Of a DNA stretch of 32,000 nt, positions 24,067 to 32,000 are shown piece by piece. The stretch is from Desulfobulbus propionicus DSM 2032 (GTDB lineage: Bacteria > Desulfobacterota > Desulfobulbia > Desulfobulbales > Desulfobulbaceae), in assembly GCF_000186885.1 (NCBI RefSeq), contig NC_014972.1, positions 3,819,870 through 3,851,869 of the forward strand, in the 5' to 3' direction. A program made the position numbers and the translations under genes. The notes below the pieces were generated by a model. It was given only the letters and a program-made list of their open reading frames with translations. It had not been told where the DNA came from and made no database searches. How positions within the stretch are numbered: position 1 is the stretch's first letter; each line of letters starts with the position of its first letter.

Positions 24067-24579
24067 GTGGAATTGATCATCATCGCCGCCATGGCCGCCA
24101 ATCGGGTCATCGGCCGCCATCATACCATTCCCTGGCACATAGCGGAAGACATGGCCCACTTTAAAGCCACCACCATGGGGCATCCGGTGATCATGGGCCG
24201 CATCACCTACACCTCGATCGGATTGCCTCTGCCGGGGCGAACCAATATCGTGGTCAGCCGGACTCCCGGCTTCCAGCCCCATCCGGACTGCACGGTGGTG
24301 ACCTCCCTGGAGGCGGCCATCGATTGCTGCCGGACCGCTGCCAAGGCCTTTGTCATCGGCGGCGCGCAGTTGTACCGTGCCGCCCTGCCCCTGGCCCAAA
24401 CCCTGATCCTCACCCGGATCGACCGGGAGTACGCGGGGGATGTCTTGTTTCCTGATTTTTCCGATCAGCCCTTTGTCTGTGTCGAGCGGAAACCGCTGGC
24501 CGCCAGCGTGCCGCTGACCATCGAAATCTATCGGCGCATGGGCCTCTCTGGCGCGGCCCCGGGTAATCCGCCGGTCTGA
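24067..24579 (+). CDS. folA: dihydrofolate reductase
   Basis: VELIIIAAMAANRVIG..IPWHIAEDMAHFKATTMGHPVIMGR.TY.S...PLPGR.NIV.SR and VIGGAQLY are present, with a length of about 170 aa. GTG 24067 is chosen to match the canonical DHFR N-terminus. Confidence 0.85.
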   Translation: MELIIIAAMAANRVIGRHHTIPWHIAEDMAHFKATTMGHPVIMGRITYTSIGLPLPGRTNIVVSRTPGFQPHPDCTVVTSLEAAIDCCRTAAKAFVIGGAQLYRAALPLAQTLILTRIDREYAGDVLFPDFSDQPFVCVERKPLAASVPLTIEIYRRMGLSGAAPGNPPV

Positions 24580-24647
24580 CGTGACGTTTTTTGCGGTAGG
24601 TGCGGGAAGGCTATGCATTCCACCTTCTTTTATGCTACAGAACAGCC

Positions 24648-25430
24648 ATGCGACGCTTTTTTTTCCCCCACCATGCCCACAGCGGCGATTTGATCGAACT
24701 GTCCGGGGCGGAGGCACGGCACATCGCCTCGGTGCTGCGCCTCAAGCCAGGGCAGGCCGTCGAGTTGTTCGACGGTCAGGGACAGGTGTGTGCGGCGGTT
24801 TTGCAGACAGTGGGCAAGCACCAGGTGACAGCGAGGGTCACCGCGATCCGCAACGAACGCCCTGCGGTCAGTGTCCCGCTGACCCTGGCGCAATGCCTGT
24901 TGAAAGGCAAGAAAATGGATCTGCTGGTGCAAAAAGCCACCGAACTTGGCGCCCAGGCCTTCATGCCGGTGGTGTCCGCCTACTGTGAAAACCATGGAGA
25001 TCGGGACCATCAGCGGGAACGCTGGCAACGGATCATGATCGAGGCTTGCAAGCAGTGCCACCGCTCCAACCCTATGGCCATTCTGCCGGTGGCCCGGCTC
25101 GATCAGGCCGATTTTACCCCCTACGATCATCGGTTGGCCGCCTGGGAAGGAGAGCGACAGGCTGCCCTGCCGACCCGATTCATTGATCACCCCGGTCCCC
25201 TCTGCCTGTTCTTGGGTCCGGAGGGCGGCCTTCACGACGACGATCTCCGTCTCCTGACTCAGTGGTCCTTCACGCCCTTTTCCCTGGGCCGACATATCTT
25301 ACGCGGTGAAACCGCTGCCCTGGCCGCGCTCTCCATTGTCCAGTACCTGAGCGGCTTTCTCCGGCCGGAGACCGCGAATTGCGCCGAATCGTCCCCTCCC
25401 GCTGAACCCTCACTTTTTTTCGAGCCATGA
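24648..25430 (+). CDS. rsmE: 16S rRNA (uracil1498-N3)-methyltransferase RsmE
   Basis: MRRFFF N-terminus, PUA-like segment ([18 protein letters not shown]), [17 protein letters not shown] and LG..ILR.ETAA. Confidence 0.85.
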   Translation: MRRFFFPHHAHSGDLIELSGAEARHIASVLRLKPGQAVELFDGQGQVCAAVLQTVGKHQVTARVTAIRNERPAVSVPLTLAQCLLKGKKMDLLVQKATELGAQAFMPVVSAYCENHGDRDHQRERWQRIMIEACKQCHRSNPMAILPVARLDQADFTPYDHRLAAWEGERQAALPTRFIDHPGPLCLFLGPEGGLHDDDLRLLTQWSFTPFSLGRHILRGETAALAALSIVQYLSGFLRPETANCAESSPPAEPSLFFEP

Positions 25431-25876
25431 GAGCTGTTGTGCAACGCGTTACCCAGGCCCAGGTCGAGGTCGAGGGGCAGGTCACCGGCGCCATCGCCGC
25501 AGGCCTGCTGGTTCTGCTCGGCGTGCATCGCCACGATACCGACAAGGATCTGGCCTGGATGGTGGATAAGATCCAGCATCTGCGCATCTTCGAGGACGAG
25601 GGCGGGCTAATGAACCGCTCGCTGGCCGACGTCGGCGGTCAGTTGCTGGTGGTCTCCCAATTCACCCTCTATGGCGACTGCCGCAAGGGACGCCGACCGT
25701 CGTGGAACGAGGCGGCCCCGCCCGAGTTGGCCCGGCAGCTCTACGAACAATTCATCGACCGCTGCCGCGGGCGCGGCATTCCCACCCAAGCCGGCGTTTT
25801 TCAAGCCATGATGCAAGTTTCCTTGACAAATTCCGGCCCGGTCACCATTCTTTTGGATTCCCACAAAACCTTCTGA
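25427..25876 (+). CDS. dtd: D-aminoacyl-tRNA deacylase
   Basis: MRAVVQRV.., SQFTLYGD and NSGPVT motifs, 149 aa. ATGA overlap with rsmE. Confidence 0.9.
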   Translation: MRAVVQRVTQAQVEVEGQVTGAIAAGLLVLLGVHRHDTDKDLAWMVDKIQHLRIFEDEGGLMNRSLADVGGQLLVVSQFTLYGDCRKGRRPSWNEAAPPELARQLYEQFIDRCRGRGIPTQAGVFQAMMQVSLTNSGPVTILLDSHKTF

Positions 25877-25979
25877 CCCCATGCCGGACCGGATTGCCCG
25901 GCCCCCAGCAAACAAGGAAAATCGAATCCGCGGCGTGATGGATGGAACCCATGCCGGGATTTTTACGGAGCGGAGCGTT

Positions 25980-28904
25980 ATGACCTCATTTGCCATCGGC
26001 TCGACCTACCACGGCTTTGTTCTTGAGCGGAAAGAATTCCTGCCGGAAATCCATTCCACGGTCTTCCTTTTCACCCATGCGGTGCTCGGCTGCCAGGCCC
26101 TGGCGATCAAGAACCAGGATGAGAACAAGACCTTTTGCGTCTCGTTCATGACCGTGCCCGAGGATTCCACCGGCGTGGCCCACATTCTTGAGCATTCGGT
26201 GCTGATGGGCTCGGAAAAATACCCGGTGCGCGACGTGTTCGGCGAGATCAACAAGGGCGGGCTGATGACCTTCCTCAATGCGATGACCGGCTCGGACACC
26301 ACCTGGTATCCCTTCGCCACCCGCAATCTCAAGGAATACTTCAACATCATGGACGTCTACTGCGACGTGGTGTTCAACCCCTTGCTGCTGCGCTCGACCT
26401 TTGAACAGGAAGGGTGGCATTATCACCTGGAAAACGAGGAGGACCAGCTGCAGTACATGGGCGTCGTGTTCAACGAGATGAAGGGGGCCTACTCCGACCC
26501 GATCCGCTCCCTGTTCCACCACATCTATCGCGGCCTGATGCCGCAGTCGACCTATGCCCACGAATCCGGCGGCGATCCCCGGCGCATCCCGGACCTCAGT
26601 TTCGAGCAGTTCGTGGAATTTCATCGCGGCCACTATCACCCCTCGAACTGCACCCTGTTTTTTTATGGCGATGCCCCGCTCGACGAGGAGCTGGCCTATG
26701 TGCAGCAGAACTTTCTAGCCCGCTACACCGCACCGGCGGCCAAGGCGCGGATCGAGCCCGGACTTGATCTCCGTGAACCGCTGTGTATCGAGGACACCTA
26801 CCCGGTGCAGCCGGGCAGTCCCACCGCACAGAAAACCTTTCTCGCCATCAGCTCAACCGTGGGCACGGTCCACGACCGCAAACTCAACGCCGCCTTCCAA
26901 ATCATCGCCAACATCCTGTTCAACTCCGATGGCTCGCCATTGAAAAAGGCGATTATCAATGCGTATTTGTGTAAAGATTTCGGTGGATTGTTTCTTTCGA
27001 ACGCCAGCTTCAAAACCCTGATGATCACCTATCTGGTCGGCACCGATCCAGAGAAACGCGACCACTTCCTGGCCCTGTACAAGGCGACCCTGTCCCGCAT
27101 GGTCGAGGAGCGTCTCGACAAGGACCTGGTGCTTTCCGAGTTGAACCGCTACGAGTTTTCGGTGCGGGAGGAAATGAACAAGGCTCAGCGTGGCCTGGAT
27201 CTGATCGGCAAGGCTCTGCCGGCCATGAAGCACGGCCTGACCCCCTTCGAAGCCCTGCAGATCGACGCCCTGTTGGCGGAAATTCGCAAGGATGCCACGG
27301 AAAACGGCTACTTCGAGCAACTGATCCGGACCTATCTGCTCGACAATCCGGCCACGGTCACCGTCACCCTGGCACCCGACGCCGAGAAAATGGCCCAGAA
27401 CCTCCAGGAAGAGCAGCAACGGCTTGACGCCTTCGGCCAATCGCTGGACACCGACGGCCGCCGTCGGCTGGTCGAGCGAACCCAGGAACTGATCGCCCTG
27501 CAGAGCGCGGCCAACACGGTGGACGATCTGCGTCGCCTGCCCCGGCTCACCCTGGCCGACCTGGATGCCCATCCGCCCTTCCATGCCGTCCAGCCGGCAC
27601 TGCTTGGGCACACCGAACTGCTGATCAACGACCTGGAGACCAACGGCATCTGCTATCTGGACCTTGGGTTCGACTGCTCGGCCCTGCCCTTGGAGCTGCT
27701 GCCCTATCTCGACCTGTTCGCCACCATCCTCACCGAGATCGGTACCGAGCAGAAGGATTACATGCAGTTCGCCAAGGCGATCAACCTGTGTACCGGCGAC
27801 TTTTCCCATTCCGTCCAGGTTTACGTGCGTCAGGGCGAGCCTCAGACCGTGCGGCCGATTCTGTGGGTGCATGCCAAGGTGCTGTCGGCCTATTTGGAAC
27901 AGGCCATTGACCTGATCAGCGAAGTGCTGGCCTCGGTCGATTTTTCCGACGAGCATCACATCGAGGAGATTATCCACCGGGAATTCGCCTGGGCCGAACA
28001 TGCGGCGCAGAGCGACGGCTATTCCCTGGCCCTGACCAGGGCCTTTTCCCATCTCAGCCGCGCCGGGCAGTATAACGAACAGATCCACGGCATTCAGGCC
28101 TATCTTCACCTCAAAGGCCTGGCTGGTAACTACCTTGAGCACGAGGCCACGCTCCATGCCGCCCTCCGCCAGATCCGCGACCTGCTGCTCCGCCGCCAAG
28201 GGCTGATTGTGACGATCACCGCCGAGGACCGGGAAATTAGCCGCTTCCAGGAACTGGGCGCCTCTTTGGTCAACGCCCTGCCCGATCTGCCCGTGGTCCC
28301 GGCACGCCCGTCCTTTCCGACCGTGCCCGCGACCCAGGCCTTCACCACCTCCGCCGAAGTGGTGTACAACGTGCAAGCCTGTACCCTTTTCCCGGACGCC
28401 TCGCGCTACAACGGTTCGTTCGAGGTGCTGCGCACCTGGCTGTCACGAGACTATCTGTGGAATACGGTCCGGCAGATGGGTGGAGCCTACGGCTGTTTCA
28501 TTCAGTTCAACCACCTGACCGGCAATTTCGGCATGATCAGCTACCGCGATCCCCAAGTACGGAAAACCTTCGAGGCCTATGAAGCCCTGGCCAAGGTGAT
28601 CGGCAGCCTGTCTCTGTCCGATGAATCGCTGCAGCAATTGATCGTCGGCGCCTATGGCACGGCAACGCCCCATCAGGGGCCGGCCACCCGGGGGGCCACC
28701 GCCCGCAACGATTATCTGGCGGGGATCACTCCGGCCTTCCGGCAACAGCGGATCGAAGAAATCATTCGCACCAGCGTCGACGACCTGCGCGGTTTTGCTC
28801 CGCTTTTCGCCCAGCTCTCCGCCAAGCCCATCCGGGCAACCATCGGCGGCCGGGAGAAGATCGACCAGGATCGCACCCTGTTCGAGCATGTCACAGAGCT
28901 GTAA
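25980..28904 (+). CDS. M16C (PreP/insulinase-like) zinc metallopeptidase, about 974 aa
   Basis: Inverted zinc motif HILEH (GVAHILEHSVLMGS), a downstream FNEMKG block, and the large four-domain size typical of presequence-protease-like enzymes. ATG 25980 is preceded by GGAGCGGAG. Confidence 0.85.
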   Translation: MTSFAIGSTYHGFVLERKEFLPEIHSTVFLFTHAVLGCQALAIKNQDENKTFCVSFMTVPEDSTGVAHILEHSVLMGSEKYPVRDVFGEINKGGLMTFLNAMTGSDTTWYPFATRNLKEYFNIMDVYCDVVFNPLLLRSTFEQEGWHYHLENEEDQLQYMGVVFNEMKGAYSDPIRSLFHHIYRGLMPQSTYAHESGGDPRRIPDLSFEQFVEFHRGHYHPSNCTLFFYGDAPLDEELAYVQQNFLARYTAPAAKARIEPGLDLREPLCIEDTYPVQPGSPTAQKTFLAISSTVGTVHDRKLNAAFQIIANILFNSDGSPLKKAIINAYLCKDFGGLFLSNASFKTLMITYLVGTDPEKRDHFLALYKATLSRMVEERLDKDLVLSELNRYEFSVREEMNKAQRGLDLIGKALPAMKHGLTPFEALQIDALLAEIRKDATENGYFEQLIRTYLLDNPATVTVTLAPDAEKMAQNLQEEQQRLDAFGQSLDTDGRRRLVERTQELIALQSAANTVDDLRRLPRLTLADLDAHPPFHAVQPALLGHTELLINDLETNGICYLDLGFDCSALPLELLPYLDLFATILTEIGTEQKDYMQFAKAINLCTGDFSHSVQVYVRQGEPQTVRPILWVHAKVLSAYLEQAIDLISEVLASVDFSDEHHIEEIIHREFAWAEHAAQSDGYSLALTRAFSHLSRAGQYNEQIHGIQAYLHLKGLAGNYLEHEATLHAALRQIRDLLLRRQGLIVTITAEDREISRFQELGASLVNALPDLPVVPARPSFPTVPATQAFTTSAEVVYNVQACTLFPDASRYNGSFEVLRTWLSRDYLWNTVRQMGGAYGCFIQFNHLTGNFGMISYRDPQVRKTFEAYEALAKVIGSLSLSDESLQQLIVGAYGTATPHQGPATRGATARNDYLAGITPAFRQQRIEEIIRTSVDDLRGFAPLFAQLSAKPIRATIGGREKIDQDRTLFEHVTEL

Positions 28905-28916
28905 TCCTTTCGGCTG

Positions 28917-29303
28917 TCAGCCCTTCTTCCCGGTTGACAGCCGATCCACCACCCGGTTGTAATACGGTCCATCCTCGCCCAGTTCGACGCTTCGGCCCAT
29001 ACGGCATTCGATCTTGGTTTTCAGGCAGCTTATCTTTTTGAGTTGTCGAACTTTTTCTTTTTCGTCGCGGCAACCGTCCAGCAGCTGTTCCAACCGGGTG
29101 ATTTCCTTTTGCAGGGCAACCTCCTCCGGCACGTAGCCGGCATTTTTCAGCAACCGGTAGCCCATGCGCAAATCGGCAGGCACATGGGCCAGGTCATCCG
29201 GCGGCAGCGGCTTGCCTTTCCAGTGGCTCAGATCGGGAATGGTGCCCTCGGCCATGGCCTGTTGGATTTTCCGTTCCGCGATTTGCTGTATGACCGAAAG
29301 CAT
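28917..29303 (-). CDS. DUF1992 (DnaJC28-like) domain protein
   Basis: IAERKIQQAMAEG..DLSHWKGKPL..DDL..VPADLRMGYRLLKNAGYVPEEV matches the DUF1992 signature. The RBS is AGGAAAGG. Confidence 0.7.
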   Translation of the reverse strand: MLSVIQQIAERKIQQAMAEGTIPDLSHWKGKPLPPDDLAHVPADLRMGYRLLKNAGYVPEEVALQKEITRLEQLLDGCRDEKEKVRQLKKISCLKTKIECRMGRSVELGEDGPYYNRVVDRLSTGKKG

Positions 29304-29322
29304 GCCCTTTCCTCTCTTTTTC

Positions 29323-29350
29323 TTGTTTCTTCAGTGCCAGCCGCTACAAT
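29323..29350 (+). promoter_or_regulatory. candidate promoter for gene 29416..30300
   Basis: TTGTTT (29323-29328), a 16-nt spacer, then TACAAT (29345-29350). Confidence 0.25.
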
Positions 29351-29415
29351 AGGGCGTTGACCCGATACGCGCAGCCCGGCTGCCTCATTTTGCTGTTCAA
29401 CCCAAGGAGTGACCC

Positions 29416-30300
29416 ATGATATTCAAACGAAAGCTGTTGATCCTTCCCCTCAGCCTGCTGGTGGTGCACGCCCCCGCCTGGGCCGATGATCTGCCCTGGG
29501 AAAAGAAGCTGCCCTTCAAGCAGGCCACCATCCATTACGAGCTGACCGGCAGCGAGCAGGGCAAGGACACCTTGTATATCAAGGAATATGGCAAGATCCG
29601 GGCAAAGTACCATACGGCCACGACCACGATCATGGGAGAAACCACCAAGGCGGACACCATTGAGATCACCGATCCAGACTGGATCACCACCTATGATCTG
29701 ATCGAGCAAAAAGGGGAAAAAACCACCAACCCGAGCAAGATCTATCAGGCCGAGTATAACAAACTCAGTGCTGAGGAGAAAAAGAATTTCGAGAGAAACG
29801 CCACGGAACTCGGCGCAGGCCTAGCCACCAATTTCGGAGGTTCGGTGACGCAGAAGAGCGAGAAACTGATGGGCTATGACTGCGATGTGGCCACCGTGGG
29901 CGGCATGTCCACCGTCTTCCTGCTGCATGGCAGCGACATCCCTCTCAAATCCGAAGTATCGATGATGGGCGTGAAGAATCTCAACCTGGCCACCAAGATC
30001 GATACCGATTCGGCCATACCAGATCGTGTCTTTGCCCCTCCCGCCGGTATTGTGGCCGAGCGTAATCCGGAAATGGAGAACATGATGAGCGGCACCATTC
30101 AGCACATGGTGGCCACCCTCAAGAAACCCGATGGTGCCAAGGAAATCCAGCAGGCCGGGCCGATGGGCATGATGGGGACAGGCGGCATGGAGCAAATGAT
30201 GCGCCAGGGCATGGAAAACGAGGGCATGAGCAAGGAAGAACAGGAAGAAGCGATGCGGCAGATGCAGGAGGCGATGCAGCAATTGAAGCCCCAGCAATGA
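29416..30300 (+). CDS. secreted protein of unknown function with a Met-rich C-terminal tail
   Basis: AAGGAG RBS. Signal peptide MIFKRKLLILPLSLLVVHAPAWA|DD. The body is beta-rich. The last 80 or so residues contain about 15 Met in MxxM / MM patterns (PMGMMGTGGMEQMMRQGMENEGM..AMRQMQEAMQQ). Confidence 0.65.
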   Translation: MIFKRKLLILPLSLLVVHAPAWADDLPWEKKLPFKQATIHYELTGSEQGKDTLYIKEYGKIRAKYHTATTTIMGETTKADTIEITDPDWITTYDLIEQKGEKTTNPSKIYQAEYNKLSAEEKKNFERNATELGAGLATNFGGSVTQKSEKLMGYDCDVATVGGMSTVFLLHGSDIPLKSEVSMMGVKNLNLATKIDTDSAIPDRVFAPPAGIVAERNPEMENMMSGTIQHMVATLKKPDGAKEIQQAGPMGMMGTGGMEQMMRQGMENEGMSKEEQEEAMRQMQEAMQQLKPQQ

Positions 30301-30306
30301 TTCAAC

Positions 30307-30354
30307 CAAGCGCCCCCGGAGATCAGTGCTCCGGGGGCGCTTGATTTTATTTTT
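30307..30354 (+). terminator. intrinsic terminator between convergent genes; its T-tract overlaps the nadB 3' end
   Basis: Perfect 15-bp stem (30307-30321 caagcgcccccggag paired with 30329-30343 ctccgggggcgcttg), a 7-nt loop, then ATTTTATTTTT. Confidence 0.75.
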
Positions 30355-31948
30355 GCAGAATGGTGTCCTGTCTGAAGTCCCGGTCGTTCTTTTCCGGGTA
30401 GTCGAGAATGTAATGCAAGCCGCGCGACTCCTTGCGTTGGCTGGCGCTCTGAACAATCAGATCGGCCACCACCGCCAGGTTGCGCAATTCGACCAGATCC
30501 GGGGTGAGCAGATAATCGTAAAAATGCTCCTTGATCTCCTTGAGCATCCAGCCCAACCGGGTCTGCATCAGCTCCAGCCGTTTTGTCCGGCGGACAATTC
30601 CCACATAGTCCCACATCAACTGGCGCACCTGATCCCAGTTGTGTTTGATCAGGATCGATTCGTCGAGCAGGGCCGCGCCCCCCGTCCGCCAAGGGTCCAC
30701 GGAGATGCGGTCCAGACGGCGGATGCCCTCCATCTGTTCCTTGAGCACTTCAGCCGCCCGGTGCGCAAAGACCACCGCTTCGAGCAGGGAGTTGGAGGCG
30801 AGGCGGTTGGCGCCGTGCAATCCGGTGCAGGCCGTTTCCCCCAGGGCCATCAGGTTGGTGATCGAACTGCGGCCCCAGGCATCGACCAGCACCCCGCCGC
30901 ACATGTAGTGGGCGGCCGGTACCACAGGGATGGGTTTCTTGGTCAGGTCGACGCCGTGCTGTTTGCAGGTCGTGTAGATGTTAGGGAATCGTTCCTTGAG
31001 GAAGGCGGCCGGTTTGTGCGTGATGTCGAGGAACACGCAGTCCGCGCCGGTGGCCTTCATTTCCGCGTCGATGCCCCGCGCCACCGCATCGCGGGTGGCA
31101 AGATCGCCCCGGTCATCGTACTTTTTCATGAAGGCTTCCCCCTGTTGGTTGATCAGGATGCCGCCCTCGCCGCGCACCGCCTCGGAAATGAGGAAATTTT
31201 TCGCCTCCCGGTTGAAAAAACAGGTGGGATGGAATTGGATGAACTCCAGGTTCGCCACCTTGGCCCCGGCCCGGTACGCCATGGCCACCCCATCGCCAGT
31301 GGCGATATCCGGGTTGGTGGTGTACAGATACACCTTGCCGCAGCCGCCGGTGCAGAGCACGGTTACACCTGCGATTCTCGTTTCAACCTCACCGCTGACC
31401 CGGTTGAGGACATACGCGCCCAGGCAGCGATCACCATTGGTCCTGTCCCGTCCACGCGCCTTGGATTCGATGAGCAGATCGATGGCCAGATGATTTTCCA
31501 GGACCTCGATATTGGGATTGGCGGCTATTTGCTCCAGCAAGGCCCGTTCGATCTCCTTGCCGGTCAGGTCCGAGGCGTGGGCCACCCGCCTGGCCGAATG
31601 GCCGCCTTCCATGCCCAGATCAAAGCCTTCGCCGTTTTTCCCTTTCTGGAACCGAACACCCAGTGCCATCAACTCTCGAACCCGATCCGGCCCCTCGGTG
31701 GTGACGATGCGCACGATCTCTTCGTTGCACAGCCCATCGCCCGAACACAGGGTGTCGGCGATGTGAGCATCCACGGAGTCCTCCACCGAGAGCACCGCTG
31801 CCACGCCGCCCTGAGCCAAATTGGTGGCGGTGTCCGCCTTTTTCTTTTTGGTGATCAGGGTCACCCTGGAAAACTGCGCCGCCTTCAAGGCAAAGGAAAG
31901 ACCTGACACACCGCTGCCGATAATGAGTACATCGCTATAATCCGTCAT
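30347..31948 (-). CDS. nadB: L-aspartate oxidase
   Basis: N-terminal FAD motif DVLIIGSGVSGLSFA. Family blocks QGG.AA, FHPT, RGEGG.L.N and GLHGANRLASNSLLE. Length 533 aa. Confidence 0.9.
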   Translation of the reverse strand: MTDYSDVLIIGSGVSGLSFALKAAQFSRVTLITKKKKADTATNLAQGGVAAVLSVEDSVDAHIADTLCSGDGLCNEEIVRIVTTEGPDRVRELMALGVRFQKGKNGEGFDLGMEGGHSARRVAHASDLTGKEIERALLEQIAANPNIEVLENHLAIDLLIESKARGRDRTNGDRCLGAYVLNRVSGEVETRIAGVTVLCTGGCGKVYLYTTNPDIATGDGVAMAYRAGAKVANLEFIQFHPTCFFNREAKNFLISEAVRGEGGILINQQGEAFMKKYDDRGDLATRDAVARGIDAEMKATGADCVFLDITHKPAAFLKERFPNIYTTCKQHGVDLTKKPIPVVPAAHYMCGGVLVDAWGRSSITNLMALGETACTGLHGANRLASNSLLEAVVFAHRAAEVLKEQMEGIRRLDRISVDPWRTGGAALLDESILIKHNWDQVRQLMWDYVGIVRRTKRLELMQTRLGWMLKEIKEHFYDYLLTPDLVELRNLAVVADLIVQSASQRKESRGLHYILDYPEKNDRDFRQDTILQK

Positions 31949-31970
31949 ACCTGGGTCCTGCGCCGACTTT

Positions 31971-31984
31971 GTTTCACGTGAAAC
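31971..31984. promoter_or_regulatory. perfect 14-bp palindrome upstream of nadB (candidate operator)
   Basis: GTTTCACGTGAAAC at 31971-31984, 23-36 nt upstream of the nadB start codon (31948). Confidence 0.3.
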
Positions 31985-32000
31985 ATGGGCAAAGTTGTTT

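Noticed and set aside
26853-28376. 507-aa minus-strand ORF inside the M16C peptidase gene, and the similar 526-aa plus-strand ORF at 30326..31906 over nadB
   Set aside because: These are antisense shadow ORFs with no motifs, while the sense genes are well supported.
1-32000. Scan for CRISPR arrays, IS elements or transposases, integrases, phage genes, toxin-antitoxin pairs, known defence genes, tRNA and rRNA
   Set aside because: None recognised. There are no spaced direct repeats, terminal inverted repeats, or recombinase-like or nuclease-like ORFs. Gene content and compact operon structure look like core chromosome.

Overview
This is a GC-rich chromosomal segment with strong GC3 codon bias. 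The gene content suggests an anaerobic Desulfobacterota/deltaproteobacterium-like organism, but that is inference only. Nearly the whole window is recognisable core metabolism and signalling. The blocks, in order, are: (1) a periplasmic Hyb-type [NiFe] hydrogenase operon (small subunit truncated at the window edge, HybA ferredoxin, large subunit, maturation protease, HybB membrane subunit) followed by a small monoheme cytochrome c gene and a strong terminator; (2) a convergent gene for a secreted beta-rich protein of unknown function; (3) a translationally coupled late-cobalamin cluster (cobO, cobQ, cobD, cbiB); (4) phoR-phoB with a divergent phoU; (5) a two-gene minus-strand operon of class II photolyase plus a SlyD-like FKBP/SAM-methyltransferase fusion; (6) degP/htrA; (7) a large CHASE-PAS hybrid histidine kinase; (8) housekeeping genes (GATase1, panE, folA, rsmE, dtd, M16C peptidase, DUF1992, a secreted protein with a Met-rich tail, nadB). 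I recognised no rRNA, tRNA, CRISPR array, transposase, integrase, phage gene or known defence gene. I did not find a convincing novel multi-gene system. The best leads are modest: the rearranged hydrogenase operon with its appended cytochrome c, the photolyase plus FKBP-methyltransferase operon, the Met-rich secreted protein, and several repeat or palindrome motifs in intergenic regions. All functional calls rest on motif and family recognition by eye, with no database search. CDS coordinates include the stop codon.
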